From a virus, in IMG/VR virus record IMGVR_UViG_3300010348_001338, positions 1-52,077 of that record: DNA of 52,077 bases, one strand, 5' to 3'. The notes below the pieces were generated by a model. That model did no database searches, was not told the origin of the DNA, and worked only from the letters and a program-made list of their open reading frames with translations. Position numbers and translations under genes: made by a program. Below, piece after piece: positions 1 to 6,496 of this stretch; the first letter of the stretch is position 1, and every line of letters starts with the position of its first letter.

Positions 1-127
1 AAGGGAGATCATAAAAAATGGGGAAAGATACCATGGAAGATGGGGGACCCACAAATGACGAGAAGGGTGGGATGTCCCATTTGGTTTACTTGACTCTCGA
101 AGTCGAGATTCGGGAGATCTTACATTC
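1..127. repeat. Terminal direct repeat, identical to 51951..52077 (circular-assembly overlap or terminal redundancy)
   Basis: Base-by-base comparison of the first and last 127 nt shows identity (aagggagatcataaaaaatgggg...gggagatcttacattc). Confidence 0.95.
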
Positions 128-683
128 GATCTGGCAGAAGATCTCAGATATCGTGAAGAAGGTCACTCGTACAGTTCTCAAGCTTGCAAAGCTTGTAGTC
201 GAAGGAGAAAGTATGGATACACTTCATTCAATGTTTCGGGCCAATCAGTCAGCCGAGTTTTCTGTAGGAGATTCTGTTCGATTTCAATTCTTGGGTGACG
301 GACATCACGAGCCTGGCATCATCCGGGAACTCTATGTCGATGAGCTTACCCAGCTCAAGGGAGCAGTAGTACAGCTGACGACAGGCAAGATCGTTCGTGG
401 GCTCTACATGCAGCTCTCGAAAAGGAGTACTCCTCTGCCCGAGATGGAGTATGATGGTGCTCAGCCTGCAGAAGCTGAGCCAACCGATCAGTCAGGTTTT
501 GAGCCTGGTGAAGAGGTGAGGGTTCAAGGAAGCACGTGGGTTGGCTATCACCCAATCTTTGAACGATCATTCGTGGATGAGAAGACTGGAGTCTGGATCG
601 AAGTCAGTTTGAAGAACAAGAAGGGTGAGAAGAAGCTCTACAAAGTTCGACCTGACAAGGTCGAGAAGGTCGACTCGATGTAG
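18..683 (+). CDS. Hypothetical early protein with two SH3/KOW-like beta-barrel repeats (VRVQGSTWVGY variant of the GKxWEGW paralogue motif)
   Basis: 221-aa ORF with GGGAG 10 nt upstream of the ATG. The C-terminal segment aligns by eye with the C-termini of the ORFs at 772, 34862 and 51318. Confidence 0.6.
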   Translation: MGKDTMEDGGPTNDEKGGMSHLVYLTLEVEIREILHSIWQKISDIVKKVTRTVLKLAKLVVEGESMDTLHSMFRANQSAEFSVGDSVRFQFLGDGHHEPGIIRELYVDELTQLKGAVVQLTTGKIVRGLYMQLSKRSTPLPEMEYDGAQPAEAEPTDQSGFEPGEEVRVQGSTWVGYHPIFERSFVDEKTGVWIEVSLKNKKGEKKLYKVRPDKVEKVDSM

Positions 684-701
684 CCTTCTGCAAATTGGGG
701 G

Positions 702-730
702 TTGATTTTCTCTCTGGAATATCGTATAAT
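702..730 (+). promoter_or_regulatory. Sigma70-type promoter, class A conserved block
   Basis: TTGATT (702-707), 17 nt spacer, TATAAT (725-730). Flanked by AATTGGGGG upstream and ATAGGTAAGAAACCATAAGA downstream, both shared with other copies. Confidence 0.8.
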
Positions 731-771
731 ATAGGTAAGAAACCATAAGATTGAGATTGAAGGAGAGACAA

Positions 772-1233
772 ATGAACACCCTAGAAGCAGCAGAAGCCAG
801 AGTTTTCAACCTCCAGATCACCCACGATCTGCTTGTAGCCGGGAAGCTCAACGCTTTCAACCACCCAGAAGCCTACTTTTGCAAGCAGTGCTACCGACAG
901 CTCGAAATCGAGAGTAGCATAGTCCCGAGCAAGTGCCCAAGTTGCAGTGAACCCAACTCGATAGTCATCGGCCACGATTTCGGATTCTTGGTTGACAAAG
1001 AGCTCAAGAAAGTGACTCCGGAACTGCTAGAAGCGAAGATGGAAGTTCTCAAGCTTCAGGCAGTGAACATCGGGGATGAAGTCACAGTCGAAGGCAAGAG
1101 TTGGGAGGGCTGGATTGCTACCGTAGTCGAGATGAATGAACTCCAGGTCAGGGTCAAAGCCCGCAAGCGCACCCAAACATACGAAGGCACAGTGAGGTTG
1201 AGTCGCTGCCGGAAGATCTATCCCGAAGCTTAG
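772..1233 (+). CDS. Zinc-ribbon protein with C-terminal GKSWEGW beta-barrel domain
   Basis: AGGAGAG RBS 4-5 nt before ATG 772; the TTG at 751 lies in the leader. Contains CKQC...CPSC and the C-terminal sequence VTVEGKSWEGWIATV. Confidence 0.7.
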   Translation: MNTLEAAEARVFNLQITHDLLVAGKLNAFNHPEAYFCKQCYRQLEIESSIVPSKCPSCSEPNSIVIGHDFGFLVDKELKKVTPELLEAKMEVLKLQAVNIGDEVTVEGKSWEGWIATVVEMNELQVRVKARKRTQTYEGTVRLSRCRKIYPEA

Positions 1234-1257
1234 TTACACCCACACCACACCAGATTC

Positions 1258-1289
1258 GAGAGCAGAGATAGTCCTGCTCTCGTTTTTTG
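1258..1289 (+). terminator. Rho-independent terminator
   Basis: GAGAGCAG (1258-1265) pairs with CTGCTCTC (1274-1281), followed by G and TTTTTT. Confidence 0.8.
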
Positions 1290-1313
1290 TTTCAGATTGA
1301 TCGAATTGGGGTA

Positions 1314-1342
1314 TTGATTTTCTCTCTGAAATATCTTATAAT
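1314..1342 (+). promoter_or_regulatory. Sigma70-type promoter, class A conserved block
   Basis: TTGATT (1314-1319), 17 nt spacer, TATAAT (1337-1342), with the same flanking block as at 702. Confidence 0.8.
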
Positions 1343-1379
1343 ATAGGTAAGAAACCATAGAGAAGAGAAGGAGAGAAAC

Positions 1380-1646
1380 ATGACGAAGCACAACCCCGAC
1401 GACGTAGCGATCATCATGGATGTAGTCGGAACTTGCAGTCACTGCAAACACCACACATCCGCTAGGCTGGTAGCCTACTATTCTGGGGAGATTCTGATTC
1501 GGTGCAGTAACTGCAAGATTGCCAACGAATTTGAACCCGACGATCGAACTTACATGGACCCGAAGAAATTTGCTCCCTTCCACAGTGATGATGACGATGA
1601 GGGCCCTACTCAAGGATCCGGTCGATACACCAGAGGCCGACGATAG
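1380..1646 (+). CDS. Small zinc-ribbon protein
   Basis: 88-aa ORF with a GGAGAGA RBS and the CSHC...CSNC motif. Confidence 0.65.
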   Translation: MTKHNPDDVAIIMDVVGTCSHCKHHTSARLVAYYSGEILIRCSNCKIANEFEPDDRTYMDPKKFAPFHSDDDDEGPTQGSGRYTRGRR

Positions 1647-1664
1647 ACGAAGATTCAAGTTAGT

Positions 1665-1691
1665 CAGGAGAGGGCTAACAACCCTCTCCTG
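1665..1691 (+). terminator. GC-rich hairpin without U-tract (possible weak terminator or RNA stabiliser)
   Basis: CAGGAGAGGG (1665-1674) pairs with CCCTCTCCTG (1682-1691) around a 7-nt loop. It is followed by AAAGGAGAG, not a T-run. Confidence 0.3.
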
Positions 1692-1705
1692 AAAGGAGAG
1701 ACAAG

Positions 1706-1855
1706 ATGCCTGAATATCTCATTCGAGCTCTCGAGAACGCTCGAGCAGCTCTAGCAAAAGAAAACCCATCAGAAGAAGATCTCCGGCTTGTCCGGGAGAT
1801 CCTCGAATTCGTTCTCCGGGAGGTGAAGAGTGGAAGCTACCAACTTATCAACTAG
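1706..1855 (+). CDS. Small hypothetical protein (49 aa, below the ORF-track cutoff)
   Basis: AAAGGAGAG RBS 5 nt before ATG 1706. Hand translation gives MPEYLIRALENARAALAKENPSEEDLRLVREILEFVLREVKSGSYQLIN*, with TAG at 1853-1855. Confidence 0.5.
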   Translation: MPEYLIRALENARAALAKENPSEEDLRLVREILEFVLREVKSGSYQLIN

Positions 1856-2300
1856 AGTGGCTCGCTTGCTGCTGGTCCTGATTATCATGATCGCTGCTAT
1901 GCTGCTGGCCTACAACGCAGCGACTCCTGCTAAGGTGCAGTTGGGCATTCATGCCCCTGTAAAGCACGGACCAGAAGCCGCTGCAGCCGTAAGTGCAATG
2001 TTTGCTGCTGATGGCTCCTGCAACAAAGGTCCCTCGATCGAGATGCAGAATCGGTACGGGAATTGGATGAATTTGTGTTTTCACGATGATGGAGTGTCGG
2101 CGTGGATCACAACAGGTCGAATCAGCGACACCTCCAGTCGTGAGATCACAGCAATCCCCAGAGATCAGATGTCAAAGCCCGTGCAGTATCTCAGATCAGT
2201 CATCACACGGGATGGCTACGTGATCAAGAGTGAACATGGATCAGTGCCAGGTTGGTTTCAGAGCTTGATCAACGATCTCATCGAGTCAGGGCTGTACTGA
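1830..2300 (+). CDS. Membrane-anchored hypothetical protein
   Basis: GTG start with GGGAGG 6 nt upstream. The N-terminus has a hydrophobic helix, LLLVLIIMIAAMLLAY. Confidence 0.55.
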   Translation: MEATNLSTRVARLLLVLIIMIAAMLLAYNAATPAKVQLGIHAPVKHGPEAAAAVSAMFAADGSCNKGPSIEMQNRYGNWMNLCFHDDGVSAWITTGRISDTSSREITAIPRDQMSKPVQYLRSVITRDGYVIKSEHGSVPGWFQSLINDLIESGLY

Positions 2301-2650
2301 TGACATCGAAACGATACATCAAAGCACTCCGTGACTCTGTCTTCTTGGGCATCGGGATTCATATTCTCGAAGAGACAGAAACGTTTCGTCGAGCACGGGC
2401 TGTCAACGTTCAGATGGAGACTCTCTCGGATGACGAGCTTCGACAGCCTATCAAGCCTATCATGATTCTAAGTGAGGAGAGTGCACAGATACTGATGGAT
2501 GATCTTTGGAGAGCTGGGCTTCGCCCTACCGTAGGTACTTCTCCATCTGGGCAGATCAACGCCCTGGAGAATCATGTCGACAGTCTACAGTCGATTGTCA
2601 GTAATCTATTCAAGCTCGCTACAATATTAGCAGAGCAACAATCCCAGTGA
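2300..2650 (+). CDS. Hypothetical protein
   Basis: ATG 2300 overlaps the upstream TGA stop (TGATGA coupling) and is in frame with track ORF 2252..2650. Confidence 0.5.
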   Translation: MTSKRYIKALRDSVFLGIGIHILEETETFRRARAVNVQMETLSDDELRQPIKPIMILSEESAQILMDDLWRAGLRPTVGTSPSGQINALENHVDSLQSIVSNLFKLATILAEQQSQ

Positions 2651-2668
2651 TTAGAGAGGAAATCAACA

Positions 2669-3028
2669 ATGGAGTTTTCAGTTCAAGCGACGTCAAGGAA
2701 GATGGGAGCTGTTCGTCTTACAACGGAAGTCTGCTGTGGATCATTCTGCTGCAAGCTGTTCATTCAAAACAATCGGGTCTCCTGGCATCACGACTACGAC
2801 GGCTATCACGCCTGGTCCCAAGCTGATGGAGTAGATTCACACAAGGCTGCGTTGATCGAATTCAACACCTACAGAGCCCTCGTGAAGTCGACTCTCAGAG
2901 ACGCTACCCACGATCAGCTGATCACCCGGGCTACCAAGAGGAATCTCGAGTCCGCCTGGTTGAAGGAAGCGATGATTCGCCTCAGCAATCGTGGCGTTGA
3001 AATTCCCGAGCTGGAGGCGCTAGTATGA
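2669..3028 (+). CDS. Hypothetical protein
   Basis: 119-aa ORF with a GAGAGGAAA RBS. Its stop overlaps the next start (ATGA). Confidence 0.55.
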   Translation: MEFSVQATSRKMGAVRLTTEVCCGSFCCKLFIQNNRVSWHHDYDGYHAWSQADGVDSHKAALIEFNTYRALVKSTLRDATHDQLITRATKRNLESAWLKEAMIRLSNRGVEIPELEALV

Positions 3029-3660
3029 ACGCACCTACTTTCGCCTCACTTCAGAACAAGTATCGTCGTATCACCTTTGGGTGGGTCTTCTTCCTGCTCT
3101 TCGTTGGCACGGTCTTCCTGGCGAATTGGCTGGTGTCGAACGTAGGCGTGCAGCTGGAAGAGGGAGGGCCACACCTCTTGCCAATCTTTTCTCTCATGGT
3201 CCCAAGTGGTGTGCTGGCAGTTGGTCTGGGATTCACCTTACGTGATCTCGTTCAGCGCAACTTGGGGACAAGATACAGCGCGATTGCAGTGCTTATCGGT
3301 GCGGGACTTTCGGCCTTACTCTCGCCAGCTCTTGCACTTGCAAGTGGAGCTTCTTTCCTGATTTCAGAACTTCTGGATCTTGGGGTCTACACTCCGCTGC
3401 GGAAGAAGAACCTCATGGTGGCAGTCATTGCTTCGAATCTCGTGGGGTTGGTTGTTGACTCAATTCTCTTCTTGACTTTGGCCTTCGGGATGTCGTCGTT
3501 GACTTTCTTGCCAGGACAGATCATCGGCAAGCTTCTGATGACGATCCTCGTCTTGCCAATCGTGTGGGTGATTGATCGCCAAGATCGAGCAAGAGCTGTT
3601 GCCTGGGCACAGTTGAATCGTGTAATCGACGAGGAACTGGACCGGCGTTACAAAGCCTAG
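3025..3660 (+). CDS. yhhQ: YhhQ/DUF165-family queuosine-precursor (preQ0/preQ1) transporter-like membrane protein
   Basis: 211-aa polytopic membrane protein. The segments GFTLRDLVQRNLG, SELLDLGVYTPLRKK and SNLVGLVVDSILF resemble the conserved YhhQ/VUT-family helices. This is recognition from memory, not a search. Confidence 0.6.
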   Translation: MNAPTFASLQNKYRRITFGWVFFLLFVGTVFLANWLVSNVGVQLEEGGPHLLPIFSLMVPSGVLAVGLGFTLRDLVQRNLGTRYSAIAVLIGAGLSALLSPALALASGASFLISELLDLGVYTPLRKKNLMVAVIASNLVGLVVDSILFLTLAFGMSSLTFLPGQIIGKLLMTILVLPIVWVIDRQDRARAVAWAQLNRVIDEELDRRYKA

Positions 3661-3663
3661 CAT

Positions 3664-3720
3664 CTTGGTTAGGAATTGGTTTGGTAGTAGGAGCTTGGTT
3701 AGGAAGTGGTTTGGTAGAAG
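3664..3720. repeat. Tandem direct repeat, two 27-bp units at 30-bp period
   Basis: CTTGGTTAGGAATTGGTTTGGTAGTAG (3664-3690) and CTTGGTTAGGAAGTGGTTTGGTAGAAG (3694-3720). Confidence 0.9.
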
Positions 3721-3760
3721 AGGAGAGGGAGAATTTCCCCCTCCTCTTCTAGTTTCTCTT
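3716..3760 (+). terminator. Probable intrinsic terminator after the yhhQ-like gene
   Basis: 13 of 14 bp pair between AGAAGAGGAGAGGG and CCCCCTCCTCTTCT around a 7-nt loop, followed by the T-rich AGTTTCTCTT. Confidence 0.6.
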
Positions 3761-3823
3761 CAAAAATTCAAGTGAATGTGTAATCAAAAGCAAAATTGGG
3801 TAAAACTGAGTAAAATTGGGGGG

Positions 3824-3852
3824 TTGATTTCTTATCTAAAATATCATATAAT
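3824..3852 (+). promoter_or_regulatory. Sigma70-type promoter, class A
   Basis: TTGATT (3824-3829), 17 nt spacer, TATAAT (3847-3852), then ATAGGTAAGAAACCAAAAGA. AAAATTGGG occurs twice upstream. Confidence 0.8.
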
Positions 3853-3890
3853 ATAGGTAAGAAACCAAAAGATGACAAAAGGAGAGAAAG

Positions 3891-4517
3891 ATGAACAAGG
3901 CAACCGGCGACTTAGAGTATATGGACCACGTAACGTTCAACAACGAAGTTTTCGGGGTCCTCATCCGTGAGCAAGGCAATTATTTCGAAGCTCTGCTCGA
4001 AGACGGCACCAAGATCTGGATCACCCGGAAGGGACGGGAATACAAAGGCTCACGGAAATTCCAGTATTGCCCGGACGTCCAAGCAGCCAAGCAAGAACAT
4101 GCCGAAGCCGAAGCCCGGCAGAAAGCCATTCTTGCAGAAAGAATAGAACGACGAGAGTTGGCCCGCATTGAAGCCGAAAACAGATATCAGGCTCGAGTTG
4201 AAGCCTTCCGGAAAGCAAACCCGGAGTTGAAGTACGAAGCAATCTTCACCCCGACCGACAATCCGGCGGACACGTTCTACAAAGCAGAATTCATCAACGC
4301 GAATGGACACAAGGGCTTCATTTTCTTCCAGATCGTAGAAGGCGAAGATTGGGCTTGGGGGCAGATGGGCAAGGTGAAGGGATTCAAGCTCGAGCAGACG
4401 GTAGGGGTTGACTTCGAGTACGATCGCTTCCACCGCTCGATGCCCGGAGGCTCCCGTGTTTTCAACACTGTCGAAGAAGCGATCGAAAATCTGATCATCG
4501 ATCACTATTGGGACTAG
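3891..4517 (+). CDS. Hypothetical protein with central charged coiled-coil
   Basis: 208-aa ORF with an AAAGGAGAGAAAG RBS. Confidence 0.6.
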   Translation: MNKATGDLEYMDHVTFNNEVFGVLIREQGNYFEALLEDGTKIWITRKGREYKGSRKFQYCPDVQAAKQEHAEAEARQKAILAERIERRELARIEAENRYQARVEAFRKANPELKYEAIFTPTDNPADTFYKAEFINANGHKGFIFFQIVEGEDWAWGQMGKVKGFKLEQTVGVDFEYDRFHRSMPGGSRVFNTVEEAIENLIIDHYWD

Positions 4518-4533
4518 TCCCGAAACCAGCCAC

Positions 4534-4570
4534 GAAGAGCTCCCGAATTTCTCGGGAGCTCTTCAATTTG
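4534..4570 (+). terminator. Hairpin terminator (13-bp stem)
   Basis: GAAGAGCTCCCGA (4534-4546) pairs with TCGGGAGCTCTTC (4552-4564), followed by AATTTG. Confidence 0.55.
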
Positions 4571-4581
4571 AGGAGAAGAGT

Positions 4582-5208
4582 ATGAGAATGATTGTGTTTG
4601 ATGTTGAGACTGGAGGGCTTGATCCTCAGACGTGTGCCCTGCTGAGTATCGGAGCTGTTGACTTGATGACGAAAGAAACTTTCTACATCGAGATCCAGGC
4701 TGAAGGGAAGCTGGCCGTGCATCCACAAGCCTTGAAGATCAACGGCTTCACGATGACGGGAGTTCGATCCCCTCTCTTGCCTAACGAGGACACGGCTATC
4801 TGGAAGTTGAATGAGTGGCTGTCTCCGAGAGTCCCTTTCATGCCAGCAGGTCAGAATATCTCGTTCGATCTTGCATTCTTGAACGCTGCAATCGCGAGAC
4901 ACAAGGCTACTTCCTTCTTCGGCCATCGAAGCTTCGATTTGCAGACTCTTGCTCTATCTTGCCATCTGGTGAATCTGATTCACCTGCCTGAGCTGCCTGG
5001 GCATCTACCCAGCTCAAGCCTAGATTCGATCCTGGGATCTATAGGTCTGTCCCGTACGGACGAAGTCCATTCAGCTCGTGAAGATGCATTGCTGACAGCT
5101 GAAGCTATCGAGATCTTGCTTGGCAGGATGTCAAGAAAACATCGCGAAGGGAAGTCCCGGGGGAGATCAGTCCCACAAGTAGAGATAGGAATGAGGATAG
5201 TTAGTTAG
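4582..5208 (+). CDS. DnaQ-like DEDDh 3'-5' exonuclease
   Basis: Exo I motif IVFDVETGG, Exo II motif NISFDLAFL and Exo III motif HSAREDALLTAE. AGGAG lies 6 nt upstream. Confidence 0.8.
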   Translation: MRMIVFDVETGGLDPQTCALLSIGAVDLMTKETFYIEIQAEGKLAVHPQALKINGFTMTGVRSPLLPNEDTAIWKLNEWLSPRVPFMPAGQNISFDLAFLNAAIARHKATSFFGHRSFDLQTLALSCHLVNLIHLPELPGHLPSSSLDSILGSIGLSRTDEVHSAREDALLTAEAIEILLGRMSRKHREGKSRGRSVPQVEIGMRIVS

Positions 5209-5316
5209 GTTTTCCTATCTAAGATTTGGTTAGGAAAGTGACCGAGGGGATAGGATAGTTAGGATAGTTAGGATATATATATAAATATATATATCCTAAC
5301 TATCCTAGCATCCCTC
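5183..5316. repeat. Intergenic iteron/palindrome element, copy 1
   Basis: 28-nt box GAGGATAGTTAGTTAGGTTTTCCTATCT (5193-5220). Perfect 21-bp inverted repeat GGATAGTTAGGATATATATAT (5262-5282) with ATATATATATCCTAACTATCC (5285-5305). An extra GGATAGTTA copy lies at 5253-5261. Confidence 0.9.
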
Positions 5317-5354
5317 TTTCCCCTCGATTCACGCAAAACTGACCTAATTGGGGC

Positions 5355-5383
5355 TTGATTTCTGGCAAAGAGTCATATATAAT
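5355..5383 (+). promoter_or_regulatory. Sigma70-type promoter, class B
   Basis: TTGATT (5355-5360), 17 nt spacer, TATAAT (5378-5383), preceded by AATTGGGGC. Confidence 0.75.
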
Positions 5384-5389
5384 TTAGGT

Positions 5390-5546
5390 AAGGATGAAAT
5401 AACCATTCTGACATTGGGGCTACAATGTCTGAGCGTAGACTCTAGAAGCTATCCCACTCGTGGGATGGAGTAGCCACAGAAAACAAGATAGTTACTCACT
5501 ATCACAAGAGATGACTGCTGTGACGAGTCATCTCTTTTGTGTGTTT
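5390..5546 (+). ncRNA. Candidate ~155-nt structured leader or short terminated transcript (promoter to intrinsic terminator)
   Basis: Starts about 7 nt after the -10 at 5378-5383. Has hairpins at 5410-5429 (GACATTG/CAATGTC) and 5449-5468 (ATCCCA/TGGGAT) and ends at the terminator 5506-5546. No SD-preceded ORF lies inside. Confidence 0.35.
5506..5546 (+). terminator. Rho-independent terminator between the promoter and the packaging genes
   Basis: Perfect 11-bp stem, AAGAGATGACT (5506-5516) with AGTCATCTCTT (5526-5536), 9-nt loop, then TTGTGTGTTT. Confidence 0.8.
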
Positions 5547-5576
5547 GAGGAGACAATTCAGAGGAGGAAGAAGAGG

Positions 5577-5834
5577 ATGGAACCTACTAAGGGAAAACGT
5601 AAGAACACTTTGATGGCGTGCGTGACTGATGAGGAGTTTGCGAAAATCTCCTCAGAGGCTTTGGAGCGTGGATTCTCCCGCTCAAGCCTGGTCTACCTGC
5701 TGATCGTGAAGGCAACTGACGGCTTCACGGATTTCGACATTTCATCCCTGCAAGAGGCTGGGATTCCAGCATCCGTGGGAGCTCGGGCTGTCTACAAGGA
5801 ACGTCGAAAGAAACGTGAAGGAGTCCCTGCCTAA
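5577..5834 (+). CDS. Ribbon-helix-helix (MobC/CopG-like) DNA-binding protein
   Basis: GAGGAGGAAGAAGAGG RBS before ATG 5577. The sequence KRKNTLMACVTDEEFAKISSEALERGFSRSSLVYLLI fits a beta-strand plus helix RHH pattern. The track start at 5460 would span the terminator. Confidence 0.5.
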   Translation: MEPTKGKRKNTLMACVTDEEFAKISSEALERGFSRSSLVYLLIVKATDGFTDFDISSLQEAGIPASVGARAVYKERRKKREGVPA

Positions 5835-6496
5835 TGCCTCGTCCCGGGACTCGACTCTGTGACTATATTTACCCAGATGGTCATCAGTGTGGGAACTCGG
5901 CCAAAGCTGGGCTGAATCGATGTCGCTTCCATGGAGGCAATGTTCGAAGGGGAGTCTCACATCCGAACTTCAGGAATGGCAAGTATTCAAAGTACATGCC
6001 TGATCACTTGATGGAGAGATATGAGCAAGCCCGGGAAGACAAAGAGCTCCTGAGTTTGAGGGAGGACATTGCGGTCGTAGAAGCCCGTCTGACAGAGTTG
6101 ATGCAACGTACCAGCACGGGGGAGACGGATCGGCTCTGGGAACGAGCTTCTACGATCGCGGGTCAGATACATGAAGCTCAAATTGCAGGTTCAGTCCCTG
6201 ACGTTTTGCAGGGCTTATCTACTCTCATGGAGATCATCAAGTCTGGCGTGCAGGTCAGCCAGGCTTGGAATGAAGTGCTGATCTTGATTGATCAGAAACG
6301 TCGACTGGTTGAGAGTGAACGGAAACGATTGGTTGAAATGCAGCAGATGATCAGCTCCGAGGAAGCTGTGAGTTTGATGGCCCTTCTAGTCACTACAGTG
6401 AGGAATCATGTCTCAGATCCTACCGTACTCCAGGCCATCGGGGATGAGTTCTTACGACTCACTCAGATGGGTGGTCGAATCGGGTCTAACGACTAG
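5834..6496 (+). CDS. Putative terminase small subunit / DNA-recognition protein
   Basis: Lies immediately upstream of TerL and overlaps it. The N-terminus has the Cys/His motif C..C(x11)CRFHGGN...G..N.RNGKYS. The call rests on position only. Confidence 0.4.
   Translation: MPRPGTRLCDYIYPDGHQCGNSAKAGLNRCRFHGGNVRRGVSHPNFRNGKYSKYMPDHLMERYEQAREDKELLSLREDIAVVEARLTELMQRTSTGETDRLWERASTIAGQIHEAQIAGSVPDVLQGLSTLMEIIKSGVQVSQAWNEVLILIDQKRRLVESERKRLVEMQQMISSEEAVSLMALLVTTVRNHVSDPTVLQAIGDEFLRLTQMGGRIGSND

Noticed and set aside
5460-5576. N-terminal extension of the RHH ORF (track start at 5460)
   Set aside because: The extension would be translated across the intrinsic terminator hairpin and has no SD. ATG 5577 has a strong GAGGAGG-type SD.
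6408-6496. 89-nt overlap between the TerS candidate and TerL as a possible frameshift or fusion site
   Set aside because: A good SD (GAGGA) precedes ATG 6408, and I saw no slippery heptamer in the overlap. An ordinary overlap, or use of the ATG at 6444, is sufficient explanation.
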